The position numbers and the translations under genes are program-made. The notes under the pieces were generated by a model. That model did not search any database and was not told the origin of the DNA. It worked only from the letters and a program-made list of their open reading frames with translations. A DNA stretch of 64,000 nt, from positions 17,109-81,108 of the forward strand of contig JAYZBQ010000058.1 of the NCBI GenBank assembly GCA_036338695.1. The letters run 5' to 3'. This document shows, piece by piece, positions 8,025-17,688 of this stretch; position 1 is the first letter of the stretch; each line of letters starts with the position of its first letter. The DNA is from Myxococcota bacterium (lineage in GTDB: Bacteria; Myxococcota; UBA4151).

Positions 8025-8942
8025 TTACTCGGGGCAGGTTTGATCGCTGATCCAGGCGCCGACCTGTTGTGCGTAGCGGTCGTAGCCTTCGGTCACGGCG
8101 ATCCCGCCACTGATGCCATGACCGGCGCCGGAGGTGCGCCAGAAGCACTTCGGTGCGTTCATCGCATCGTAGAGCGCCTCGCTGTGCTCGATCCGGATGA
8201 AGGTATCATCCGAGCTGTGCATCAGGAGAATCGGGGCGGTGACCTCGGGCAGTTTCTCTAGGTTGTCGTAGCTCCCGCTCAGGACGAAGGAGGCAGGAAA
8301 CGAAGTGGCGCTCGAGTCGGCGAGGAAGAGCGAGGCGCTCGGGTAGGGCGCCTCAAGGATAACGCCCTTGACCGCATGCTTGCGGGCAAGGTGCACCGTG
8401 GGCAGCGCACCCAGGCTCATGCCGTAGAGGATCACACCTGATTCTTGCAGGCCACGCTGCTGCAGCTCCGTCAACAACAGCGCGTAAGCGTCATCGGCGT
8501 TGGCGAAGAAGGCGGTCTCCGAAGGCGCTTGATCGCTGCTCGACTGACCGTAGCCTGGGTACTCATAGGTGAACAGGTTGGGGCCGGCGCCGTACAACGC
8601 CTCCATGGTGTGCAGGTAGTGCTCGATGCCGCCACGGTTGCCGTGCGAGACCACCACCGTGACCTCAGCGAGCGGCGAGCCCTCAGGAGCCGCCACAAAG
8701 TAGGCGTCGTTGGTGACCCCGCCGCTCTCAAACGAGAGCGCACTCACCCGGTCAGCAGGCATCCCTCGATCGGCGAAGGGGTAGGACTCGCCGCACGGTG
8801 TGCACAAGCGGTCCATCTCTTCGGTCTCGTCCTCGCAGGTCTCGGTACCGATCACGCTGCAGTGTCTGGGGTTGTGTTGAAAGCCGTCCAGATTGGCGAT
8901 GCAGGCGCTCAGCGTGAGCGCCAGGGGTAGAATGGAACGCAT
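8025..8942 (-). CDS. Alpha/beta hydrolase lipoprotein
   Basis: Lipobox LSAC; HGN oxyanion motif, YPGYG, GMSLG nucleophile, HSSDD, GAGH. Confidence 0.88.
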   Translation of the reverse strand: MRSILPLALTLSACIANLDGFQHNPRHCSVIGTETCEDETEEMDRLCTPCGESYPFADRGMPADRVSALSFESGGVTNDAYFVAAPEGSPLAEVTVVVSHGNRGGIEHYLHTMEALYGAGPNLFTYEYPGYGQSSSDQAPSETAFFANADDAYALLLTELQQRGLQESGVILYGMSLGALPTVHLARKHAVKGVILEAPYPSASLFLADSSATSFPASFVLSGSYDNLEKLPEVTAPILLMHSSDDTFIRIEHSEALYDAMNAPKCFWRTSGAGHGISGGIAVTEGYDRYAQQVGAWISDQTCPE

Positions 8943-9601
8943 TACTTACCTCCAAACTGTCGTGAGATCCCGAGACCAAGTCCTTGAGCGCCTAAGTCGG
9001 CGATACCCGCCCAGGCGAGCGCCGCCTTGCTGTTGTCGGCGTTGGCACCGAACCAGCGGTACTCGACGTAGTAGGTCCACTTGTTGCGACGCAGCTTGGC
9101 GCCAAGCGCCGGCGTGAGCAAAAGCCCGGGCATGCCCAAGTCGAGGTGCTCCATCAGGCTCGCATAGTAGGTGGCTCGCCCGTGCGTCCACGACCCGGTC
9201 AAGGTCAGCTCATTGTTTAGCCAAAGGCCGCGCGAGTCCGCAGGTTTTCGATCGTCGAGGTGATTCGAGAAGACGTAGAGGCGGTTCGTCACGAGCAATC
9301 GAGGGCGCCGGCCCGCTTGCTCGCTGAGCTGATAGCTTGCCCCGACATGACCACCGAGCGCACCGAAGACGGGCGGAAGCAGGTGCGTCCCAACGTTCCA
9401 GTCCCAGCGCTCGCCACCGCCCTGGCGGTATTCGGCGGTCATGCTTGGAAGCGCAATGGTGGGGCCGCCTCCAGGCAACGCGATCATCGGCCCCCCGAAG
9501 GTCGCGCTGACCTCCTGCTGACCGGGCTTGAGAGTTTCGGTCACCGGGACCGTGATGCACCCAGCGCTGGCGAGCAGCGCCATGATATATGTTCTGCGCA
9601 T
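8942..9601 (-). CDS. Hypothetical exported protein, possible outer-membrane beta-barrel
   Basis: Lipobox-like SAGC; alternating beta-strand pattern ending GLGISRQF; TAATG overlap with the hydrolase gene. Confidence 0.65.
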   Translation of the reverse strand: MRRTYIMALLASAGCITVPVTETLKPGQQEVSATFGGPMIALPGGGPTIALPSMTAEYRQGGGERWDWNVGTHLLPPVFGALGGHVGASYQLSEQAGRRPRLLVTNRLYVFSNHLDDRKPADSRGLWLNNELTLTGSWTHGRATYYASLMEHLDLGMPGLLLTPALGAKLRRNKWTYYVEYRWFGANADNSKAALAWAGIADLGAQGLGLGISRQFGGK

Positions 9602-9757
9602 GGCGACCTCCGCTCGAGCCTTTAGCGACCTGGCGATGCGAGGTCGAGTAAGAAGCGATCCTGCGCGCGGTCAACGCAACAACGCAAACGCACGCCAAGG
9701 TCTAGTCAATCGACCGAGCGCTGCCTTATGGTTGAGCGTCGCTAGGGTGAGACGTCA

Positions 9758-12700
9758 ATGGAAGCTATTCGGTTAGGTGCGTTTGAGCTGCGGCGCCGGG
9801 TCGGATCAGGCGGTATGGGTGAAGTCTGGCTGGCAGAGCACGCCCTGAACGGCAAGCCCGTAGCGATCAAGACCATTCACCTGCGCCAGGACGATGACCA
9901 GCAGATGGGGCACCGCTTCGTCGCTGAGGTGCAGGCGGTGGCGCGTCTGTCGCACCCGAACATCGTCGGGATCCATGACTTCGGCGTGATCTCAGAGCGT
10001 GCCGCCGAGCACTCACTCGGCGTGCTGCAAGCGCATGCTCCGTGGTTCGCCATGGAGTTTTGCGCCGACGGGGACTTGATCTCGGAGCGACCGACCGACT
10101 GGCGAGGGATGCACCATGTGCTCTCGTCGATTCTGGAGGCGTTGGCGCTTACCCACGCCAACGGTGTGCTTCATCGCGACCTCAAGCCAGGGAACGTACT
10201 TATCGCTCGGCAGCCAGACGGAACCCTCTGCTACAAGCTCGCTGATTTTGGGCTCGCCTGGAGCCAAGACCGCTCGGCCGACCTAAACCGAAGCAGCCAG
10301 AGCGTGGGGACGCCGAACTATATGGCGCCCGAACAGGCGACCGGTCAGCTGCACGCCTTTGGACCGGCGACGGATCTCTATGCGCTGGGGTGCCTCGCCT
10401 GGAATTTGGCGTGCGGTAGCGCGCCCTTTACCTCCTTTGGCCAAGACGCCACGGCGCTCATGAATGCACAGGTGCACGCGCACCCGCCGCAGTTCCGACC
10501 CCGCTTTGCCTTACCTCGAGCGGTAGAGCACTGGATCCGCCGGCTGCTACGCAAAGACCCAAGCGACCGCTATGCCGTGGCTGCTGAGGCGCTCGCCGAG
10601 CTGCCCGGAGCAGGCGCTCACTGTGACTTGAACGCGCTCCCCGTCGAGGGTTCTGCCGAGAACGCTGCGCCGACCGTTGAGGTTCAGAGCGTCACGCCTC
10701 ATCACGAGCCGCCGGCGCCCCCGGCGCCGCGCACAGCGAGCCGCCTAAGCACCTTTCGCAGCGCGCCGGTGACCTGGCCAAGTTGGCAGCAAAATGAGCA
10801 AACGCTGCGACCTGAGCCCGGTGTTGGGATGGGACTCGTGGGCCTTCGATCGCTGCCGGTGGTCGGGTTGCAGGCACAGCGACAGCAGCTCTGGGATGCG
10901 CTCAAAGAGACGATCGCCGGTGGCCAGCAGCGCTTGATGTTCATCGAGGGCGCAGCGGGCAGCGGCAAATCCCGCCTGGCGATGTGGCTCACTCGAGCAG
11001 CCCATCAGCAAGGGCTCGCTCAATACGCCATGGCGAGCTTCCGTGGGGAGCTGGAGCAAGGCGCTAGCCTCGCCGCTGCGCTGGCGGCGCATATTGGCCT
11101 GGATCGCGGGATGACCGCTCAGGAGGCGCTGCTCGTGGTGGCCTCGCATCTGAGCCGGCATCGCTGTGACAGCGTGGCTGCGCGTAAGGCGTACCTCTCG
11201 GCTTTTGACAGCGTCTTGTCCCAACTCGAGATCGAAGAGTCGAGCTCCGATGAGCTGCGGCGAGAGACCCTCGGCGAGCTCGTCAAGCAGCTTGCGCGTG
11301 CCAAACCGCTGATCCTTGTGCTCGACGATCTCCTGCACGACCCAAGCGCCCTCGAGTTTGCGGAGTATGTGCTTGAGCAAGAGCGCTGTCCTTGCCTGAT
11401 CGTGGCGACCTATCGCCCCGATGACCTCGCTCGAAACGAACAGAACCAAGGACTCCACGGTGTCTTGATCGAGCGGGAGGCGTGCAGCCGCGTGACCACG
11501 CAGGCGCTCAACGCCCAGGAGTGCCAGGATTTTACCCGCTCGCTGCTGGGGTTATCCACCGACCTGACACAGCGAATCGCCAGCGGCTCGAAGGGGTCGC
11601 CCGAGACGGTGCGGCAGCTGTTGATGCAGCTGGTCGAAGAGGACTGCCTCGAGGTGAGCGAGGGAGGGCTCGACCTCAAAGCGGGGCATCAACTGCGCTT
11701 CCTCGACAGCCTCACTGCCGTGATCGCGGAGCGGACACGGCGCGCGCTCGACGCGCTGTCACCGGATGAGCGACGGTTTCTCATCTTGGGGACGCTGCTC
11801 GGCGAGCGCGTCGAGATCTCCCTGCAGCATCAGCTCTGCCGTCGGCTCGGTCAGCGCCACAGCCCTGGCTTGGTCGCAGACTTGGCGCGTGGCAGCATGC
11901 TGGCACTCCGGCGCGACAGCTGGGGATTTGTCGACGCTACCCAGCGCGAGATGTTGCTGGCTTATCCCGAGGCACAGCTCGACCGGGCTGCCTATATCGC
12001 CGCCGCTGAGGTCCTCGAAGGCAGCTCCCGGCATATGAGCCTCGTCTATCGCTGGGCTGCCGCGCACAACCGTTTGGCCGCCGGCGAAGCGCTCGGCAAA
12101 GAGCGCATGCTGGAGCTGATGACCGGGACCATTGCGAGCGGACGTTATCAAGCGGCGATGCGGATGGGGCAGGACTATCTCTCCCTTGTCGAAGCGCCGG
12201 AGCACCTTGAAGAGGCGACGCCGTGTTTCGAGGTGCGGATGGCTTACAATCTGTGCCTGTACCGACTCCACCGGATCGAGGAGGGGCTCGCGGATATCGA
12301 TGCGCTCAGCGCGCGCTGGCCCAACCTGCCGACGGCGTTGCGCCATCACGTCCTGACTCGGCGTGGGCTCTATCTCCACCCCAAGTTCCGACAGGTGATC
12401 TACGAGGAGATGTTGGAGGAGGGGGTCGCGCCCGAACTCGAGGTAGAGATCCGACCAGCGCTCGCCCGCCGCTGTGAGAGCAAAGGGCGCGTCAGCGAGG
12501 CGCTGGACCACTACGATCAAGCCTTGGCGGCCGCCGCAAAGCTGGGCGAGGACGCCGCTTTTCCCATTCTAGCGAAGCGATCGGCTTTGGCGATCGCAGC
12601 CGATCGCTCCCGGGAAGCCGAGCAGGACCTTCTCGTCTGTCAGCGGCAGCGAGACGCGGTCGAGGAGCGCGCTCGCTGGAGCTTGGAGCGGCGGTGGATC

Positions 12701-13177
12701 GAGTGGCTCGCCGCCAATGAACGCGACGCCGAGGCTTGGCAGCGCCTCGAGCAACAGGCGGACACCGAGCAACGCAGCGCGGGCGCTGTGCACCCCAACA
12801 CGCTCGAGTTGTATCTGCTGCTCGGCGCACTGGCCGGTCGTCTGGACGCCGTGCGCAAAGCGGCTGACGAGGGCCTTGCGCTGGGCTTGGAGCCGTTCGC
12901 CGAGATCTTCGAGGCGGCGCGCGTGATCGGCTATGGAGACGACGTACCGATCGAGGACCTCGAAGCGCTCGCCCATACTGTCAACGCGATCCCCGCGCGC
13001 TATCGCTTAGCCCAGGTGATCTATCTGATCGGGGTGGAATTGGCGCGCCGAGGGCAGCGAGATTTCGCCGCTGCCACGATCCGGCATGCCCAAGCGCGCC
13101 TGGCGATCTACAACAACCGAAGCTGGGTCAGCCGCTGTGATCATGCGCTCGCTGAGTTAAGCCCGTTAGACGTCTAA
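9758..13177 (+). CDS. Ser/Thr protein kinase fused to an AAA/STAND-type ATPase and a TPR-like helical region
   Basis: GSGGMGEV, VAIK, HRDLKPGN, DFG, GTPNYMAPEQ; Walker A GAAGSGKS, Walker B LVLDDL. Confidence 0.92.
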   Translation: MEAIRLGAFELRRRVGSGGMGEVWLAEHALNGKPVAIKTIHLRQDDDQQMGHRFVAEVQAVARLSHPNIVGIHDFGVISERAAEHSLGVLQAHAPWFAMEFCADGDLISERPTDWRGMHHVLSSILEALALTHANGVLHRDLKPGNVLIARQPDGTLCYKLADFGLAWSQDRSADLNRSSQSVGTPNYMAPEQATGQLHAFGPATDLYALGCLAWNLACGSAPFTSFGQDATALMNAQVHAHPPQFRPRFALPRAVEHWIRRLLRKDPSDRYAVAAEALAELPGAGAHCDLNALPVEGSAENAAPTVEVQSVTPHHEPPAPPAPRTASRLSTFRSAPVTWPSWQQNEQTLRPEPGVGMGLVGLRSLPVVGLQAQRQQLWDALKETIAGGQQRLMFIEGAAGSGKSRLAMWLTRAAHQQGLAQYAMASFRGELEQGASLAAALAAHIGLDRGMTAQEALLVVASHLSRHRCDSVAARKAYLSAFDSVLSQLEIEESSSDELRRETLGELVKQLARAKPLILVLDDLLHDPSALEFAEYVLEQERCPCLIVATYRPDDLARNEQNQGLHGVLIEREACSRVTTQALNAQECQDFTRSLLGLSTDLTQRIASGSKGSPETVRQLLMQLVEEDCLEVSEGGLDLKAGHQLRFLDSLTAVIAERTRRALDALSPDERRFLILGTLLGERVEISLQHQLCRRLGQRHSPGLVADLARGSMLALRRDSWGFVDATQREMLLAYPEAQLDRAAYIAAAEVLEGSSRHMSLVYRWAAAHNRLAAGEALGKERMLELMTGTIASGRYQAAMRMGQDYLSLVEAPEHLEEATPCFEVRMAYNLCLYRLHRIEEGLADIDALSARWPNLPTALRHHVLTRRGLYLHPKFRQVIYEEMLEEGVAPELEVEIRPALARRCESKGRVSEALDHYDQALAAAAKLGEDAAFPILAKRSALAIAADRSREAEQDLLVCQRQRDAVEERARWSLERRWIEWLAANERDAEAWQRLEQQADTEQRSAGAVHPNTLELYLLLGALAGRLDAVRKAADEGLALGLEPFAEIFEAARVIGYGDDVPIEDLEALAHTVNAIPARYRLAQVIYLIGVELARRGQRDFAAATIRHAQARLAIYNNRSWVSRCDHALAELSPLDV

Positions 13178-14062
13178 GGGGTCTGGAACGGCTTTCTTAC
13201 TGAGCGCTAAGCCGTCCAAATGCATCTCCATATCGATCCGATGCGGCTCTTCTCGGCTGTCGGGAGCGCGCAGGCTCCTCAGGGTGTCGAGGATCTCTTG
13301 CTCGGTGACCACAAAGGTCCCTGAGGCGCCGCGGATGCCATGGGCGTAAAACTCGCCGTCTCCCAGGTAGATGACGTTCTCACCGCCCCAGGCTGAATTC
13401 TTGGGATCAGCGCCGGGGTTTTTGTAATAATAATGGGAGCCCGGTTTGAGCTTGCTCGGCACGTGAGCGAGCCGCTTGACGTCGATGAAGTCGTCGTCCT
13501 CGACGCTCCAGCGGAAAAACTTGAGATGACGCGGCTCGGTAAAGAGCCGATCAAAGGCTTCGTCTCCGATATGGTCGAGGATCGCCTTGTGATAGATGAC
13601 CATCATCGCCGTGGCGCATTCAAAGCTGTACGCTGACCCATTCTCAAAGATGTCTCGCAAGGCGACGCTGGGCTTGCCGACTTCGCCGTCGCCGAGCCAT
13701 TTGCGGACCTGCATCTTGCCGCCATACCCCATCGTCCACAGGGTTTTGTTGACCTTGTCTTGCTTGGAGTTTGAGGCGAACGATGCCCCGCTCTTAGCCA
13801 AGTCTTTGCTCGCTTGAACCACCGCCGCCCGAAAGGCGAGGTCTTCGGTACGCTCAGCACCTAAGCGCTCAATCAGGGGGTTCGAGGGGCCGCCTGAGAC
13901 GAAGCGGTCCCCTGGGTCGATCTCTCCGGAGCGACCGCCCGGCTGGTCCTCGAGCTTGACCGGTGCGTCGTAGACCTCGGCAGCGAGCGCCTCGGCGCGC
14001 TCGAGGTCGCGCAGGGACGGCGGCTGCACGCGACCAAACAGGTGATTAAGCCAACTAGGCAT
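13166..14062 (-). CDS. tgl: Protein-glutamine gamma-glutamyltransferase (Bacillus Tgl-type transglutaminase)
   Basis: KPSVALRDIFENG, YSFECATAMMVIY, GDEAFDRLF, YYKNP and WGGENVIYLGDGEFYAHGI match Tgl motifs, including the catalytic Cys, Glu and His. Confidence 0.8.
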   Translation of the reverse strand: MPSWLNHLFGRVQPPSLRDLERAEALAAEVYDAPVKLEDQPGGRSGEIDPGDRFVSGGPSNPLIERLGAERTEDLAFRAAVVQASKDLAKSGASFASNSKQDKVNKTLWTMGYGGKMQVRKWLGDGEVGKPSVALRDIFENGSAYSFECATAMMVIYHKAILDHIGDEAFDRLFTEPRHLKFFRWSVEDDDFIDVKRLAHVPSKLKPGSHYYYKNPGADPKNSAWGGENVIYLGDGEFYAHGIRGASGTFVVTEQEILDTLRSLRAPDSREEPHRIDMEMHLDGLALSKKAVPDPLDV

Positions 14063-14119
14063 CGATCGCTCCCTCTCAACAGGAGGGCGTCATGCCATGA
14101 TCTCGCTGTTTCGCCAAAG

Positions 14120-15142
14120 TCACTTCGTGGGCGTGACAAGCCTGAGGTGCTCTTCGAGTCGCTCGAGCCCCTCATCCAAGCTGACCACAGGGTGGTAGTT
14201 CAGATCGCGCTCGGCAGCCGCAAGGTTGTACCAGTTCGGGGTGCTTAGCTGGTAGGCGAGGAAGCGGGTCATCGGCGGCTCGCCGGATAGCCTTCCCGCA
14301 GTCCAGACAGCCTCGAGCGTGGCGCCGAGGACGACGGCGAGCCAAGCTGGGACGCGCCGCCGAACCGGTGGCGCAGAAGCCGCCTTGAGGAGCTGATTGA
14401 TCAAGGTGCCCATCGGCCGAGGCTCGCCGTTGGAGATGAAATAGGCTTTGCCTGCACAGGGCGAGGGGACCTGATCGAGCGCATCGGCTGCGAGGAGGTG
14501 CGCATCCACGACGTTGTCGATGTAGGTGCTGTCGACCAGCTCTTCACCGTCACCCACGAGCGCCAGCCGCCCTGCATGAGCGCGCTCGACCAAGCGTGGC
14601 AGGAGGTGCGGGTCACCCGGCCCCCAAACGAGCCGAGGGCGAAGCGCCACGGTCCGCAGCGACTCGCAATAGGCGGCTAAGACCATGCGCTCGCTCTCAG
14701 CCTTAGTCGCTTGGTAAAAGGTTCGATGCGTTTCGGGGATCGGCTGCTGCTCATCGCCGCCAGAGCAGCCTTGGTCAGTCTGCGCCACCGAGGGGCTCGA
14801 CGTGAACACAAAGCGCGTGACGTTGAGCTCTCGACAGCCAGCCAGGAGGTTCTGCGTCGCCAGCACGTTGCTCCGATGAAAGGTCTCGCGCTGACCCCAG
14901 ATCCCCGCCAGAGCCGCTACATGAAACACGGCTGAGCAGCCTTGGAGCGCTTTGCGGACCGTCTCACGATCCGCAAGATCTCCTTGGACCTGTTCGACCT
15001 CAAAGTCGTCGAGCCAGTCGTAGCGGCTGCGCGAGACCGAGCGGACCTTGAGCCCTACGCTGCGCAGGCGGCGGACGATCGCGCCACCGATAAAGCCGCC
15101 CCCGCCGGTCACCAAGATCGTCCCGTCTCGCCAGCTGTTCAT
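14120..15142 (-). CDS. oleD: 2-alkyl-3-oxoalkanoate reductase (3-beta-HSD-like SDR)
   Basis: GGGGFIG, FTSSPSV, YQATK, LRPRLVWGPGD; last gene of an ole cluster. Confidence 0.88.
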   Translation of the reverse strand: MNSWRDGTILVTGGGGFIGGAIVRRLRSVGLKVRSVSRSRYDWLDDFEVEQVQGDLADRETVRKALQGCSAVFHVAALAGIWGQRETFHRSNVLATQNLLAGCRELNVTRFVFTSSPSVAQTDQGCSGGDEQQPIPETHRTFYQATKAESERMVLAAYCESLRTVALRPRLVWGPGDPHLLPRLVERAHAGRLALVGDGEELVDSTYIDNVVDAHLLAADALDQVPSPCAGKAYFISNGEPRPMGTLINQLLKAASAPPVRRRVPAWLAVVLGATLEAVWTAGRLSGEPPMTRFLAYQLSTPNWYNLAAAERDLNYHPVVSLDEGLERLEEHLRLVTPTK

Positions 15143-16800
15143 GCGAGCTCCTTCGCAGCGAGCTGCGCCAGGCGTTCTCGACCGATCTTGGCGTTGTGGC
15201 GAATGTCGACGGGGAAGGGCTCGTGAAACAAGACCGTCTCGACGCAGCGCGTCTGGTCGTGCTGCCGAGCCAGCTCGAGCAGCTCCGCTCTGAGTTGCTG
15301 CTCGCCTATCGGCTCGCTCAGCTCACGCTCAGGCTCCACAAAGAGCACCGCCCGCTGAGCGCCGGCATCACCGATCCCAACGAGCGCGCTGCGGTGCACG
15401 CCGGGGTGGGCGTTAAAGACCCCCTCAACCGCCACCGTAAAGCGGTCACCGCTTGCGAGACGCACCCGCTGCGACTTACGACCGCAGAACCACAGCCGGC
15501 GTTGCTCATCGACCCAGCCGAGGTCGCCCATGCGGTGGATCACGCTCCCGTCGGAGCGAGCGATCTTCGCCAACGCCGTCGCCCGCTCCCGCCCAAAGTA
15601 GCCCGTCGTGACCGCAGGCGAGGCGACGCACACCTCGCCGATGGTGCCAGGTTCAGCAAGCGCCGAGTTGAGCGCCTCTTCCGTGGTGATCACCTCATCG
15701 CTGACCTCAGCGATCCAGAGCTCAACGTCGTCGGCGACGCGACCAACACAGACACCTCGCCCGAGCTGGCTCGACGCTGCCGTCTCACCGAGGACCTCAC
15801 GGCTCTCGATGCTCGCGATCGGGAGCGTCTCGGTCGCGCCATAGGGCGTGACGATGTCCGCGCCGTCAGGCAGGGCGTCGCGCATCCGCTGCAGAACGGC
15901 TGCAGGGACCGGCGCGCCGGCGGAGATCACGCGCTTGAAGCCATCGAGCCGATGCTTGCGCCGAGCGCACCAGCGGCTCAAGGTGTTCAAGAGCGCAGGG
16001 GAGCCGAACATCGTGTTGACCCCGTGCTGATCGATCGCATCGACGAGCACCGCCGGGTCGACCTTCGCTGGGCGTGTAAAATCCATCGGAGGGATCACGG
16101 ACGTCGTCCCAAGGGCGGGGGAGAAGAGCGCAAACAAGGGGAAGGTCGGCAGATCAACTTCTCCCGGCTCGATCGTATAGAGATCTCGGATCATCCTCAC
16201 TTGCGCCGCAAAGTTGCGGTGCTCGTAGATCACTCCTTTGGGGATCCCCGTACTCCCGCTCGTGAACAAAATGGCGGCGCGGTCCTCTGGCTTGATCGTC
16301 ACCTCGGGGAGGTCATGCTCAGCGGTCTTGCGGATTAGCTGGTCGAGGCGGTGTTGCGCCCAAAACCCCGAGGGTCCGACGCTAATCGTCGTACGCACCG
16401 ATCCTTTACCCCATCCAAGGACCACCCGCGCCAAGTGCGCCGGAGGAATCCCGATGAAGACCTCAGGTTGTGCCTCTGCGAGACAGGACTTGAGCGCTTT
16501 GAGCCCGATCCCTGGGTCGATCAACACCGGCAACGCGCCGAGCTGAAACAGCGCGAAGGTAAGGCTAAAGAACTCGAGTCCGGGCTTGACCATGACGGCG
16601 ACGTGTGCGCCCTGGCGCACCCCCACATGATGCAGCGCCCGCATGGTGCGCTCGCACTGCGTGTTGAGCTCACGAAAGGTGACCGGCGTGTACCGCACTG
16701 GCGGCTTAGCCTTGAGGCTGCTGGGCAGCCACAGCGCAACGGCGTCGGGCTGCTGCGCCGCCATCTGAGGAAGCGCCGCTGCGATCGTCTGAGCGCCCAT
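15139..16800 (-). CDS. oleC: Olefin beta-lactone synthetase (AMP-dependent ligase)
   Basis: FTSGSTGIPKG, PYGATE, HRMGDLG and PVDIRHNAKI, characteristic of OleC. Confidence 0.92.
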   Translation of the reverse strand: MGAQTIAAALPQMAAQQPDAVALWLPSSLKAKPPVRYTPVTFRELNTQCERTMRALHHVGVRQGAHVAVMVKPGLEFFSLTFALFQLGALPVLIDPGIGLKALKSCLAEAQPEVFIGIPPAHLARVVLGWGKGSVRTTISVGPSGFWAQHRLDQLIRKTAEHDLPEVTIKPEDRAAILFTSGSTGIPKGVIYEHRNFAAQVRMIRDLYTIEPGEVDLPTFPLFALFSPALGTTSVIPPMDFTRPAKVDPAVLVDAIDQHGVNTMFGSPALLNTLSRWCARRKHRLDGFKRVISAGAPVPAAVLQRMRDALPDGADIVTPYGATETLPIASIESREVLGETAASSQLGRGVCVGRVADDVELWIAEVSDEVITTEEALNSALAEPGTIGEVCVASPAVTTGYFGRERATALAKIARSDGSVIHRMGDLGWVDEQRRLWFCGRKSQRVRLASGDRFTVAVEGVFNAHPGVHRSALVGIGDAGAQRAVLFVEPERELSEPIGEQQLRAELLELARQHDQTRCVETVLFHEPFPVDIRHNAKIGRERLAQLAAKELA

Positions 16801-17688
16801 CTAGGGGGCGCTCAAGAAGGCGTCGATGCGCTCGAGGATGTCTTCGCCCGCGTCTTCGAGCACATAGTGCCCGCAGTCTTCGTAGCGCGTGATCTCAGCG
16901 TGCGGCCAGTGGCGCTGCCAGCGGCGAAGAAAGGCTTCGGTAAATACAAAATCTTTGAGCCCCCAACAGATCATCGCCGGGCGATCGCTGAACTGACCAA
17001 GGCCCTCCTCGACGCCGAGCACGGTCTGATAGGACGGGTCATCGGGTGAGAGCGGTATGTCTTCGACAAAGCGGCGCGTCGCCACCCGGCGCTCGGGGGC
17101 CTCGTAGGGCCAGCGATAGGCGCGCCTGACCGCCGGCGAGACGGGGCGCGAGAAGGCGAGATAGGAGGCGGAGCGGGCGAACAAGCTGAAGCGCTCGATC
17201 AGCCACCGCCCGACGCGGCTGCGCGCAAAGGCGATCGCTCGGGGCATGGGCTGATCCTCCGGCAGCCGAAACCCCGCCGTGTTGAGGATCACGAAGCGCC
17301 GAACGCGATGGGGGTGACGGTGAGCCCAAGCCATGCCGATCATCCCGCCCCAGTCATGCACGACCAGATCGATGAGCCCCTCTGGCACGCGCTCGTCCAA
17401 GAGGCGCTCGAGGTCGTCGACTCGGTCCTCGAGCGTGTAGCCGTAGTCAGAGTCCTTCGGCGCATCGGAGCGGCCGCAGCCGATATGGTCCGGCACGATG
17501 CAGCGGAAGCGGTCACGCAGGCGCCCCACCAGATTGCGGTAGTAAAAGCACCAGGTCGGGTTGCCGTGCACCATCACCACGGGCGGTCCGTCGCCCTCGT
17601 CTAGGAAATGCTGCCGCCTGCCCTCATCGCCAATGTAATGGGCTCGATAGGGCATCAACTGCGCGACCATGTCGTCGCTTTCGCTCAC
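16801..17688 (-). CDS. oleB: Beta-lactone decarboxylase (haloalkane-dehalogenase-like)
   Basis: HGNPTW, VHDWGG, CGHYVLED; lies between oleA and oleC. Confidence 0.9.
   Translation of the reverse strand: MSESDDMVAQLMPYRAHYIGDEGRRQHFLDEGDGPPVVMVHGNPTWCFYYRNLVGRLRDRFRCIVPDHIGCGRSDAPKDSDYGYTLEDRVDDLERLLDERVPEGLIDLVVHDWGGMIGMAWAHRHPHRVRRFVILNTAGFRLPEDQPMPRAIAFARSRVGRWLIERFSLFARSASYLAFSRPVSPAVRRAYRWPYEAPERRVATRRFVEDIPLSPDDPSYQTVLGVEEGLGQFSDRPAMICWGLKDFVFTEAFLRRWQRHWPHAEITRYEDCGHYVLEDAGEDILERIDAFLSAP

Noticed and set aside
9680..9700. Sigma54-like motif TGGCGTGCGTTTGC upstream of 9601
   Set aside because: The GG-to-GC spacing is 9 nt rather than the required 10.
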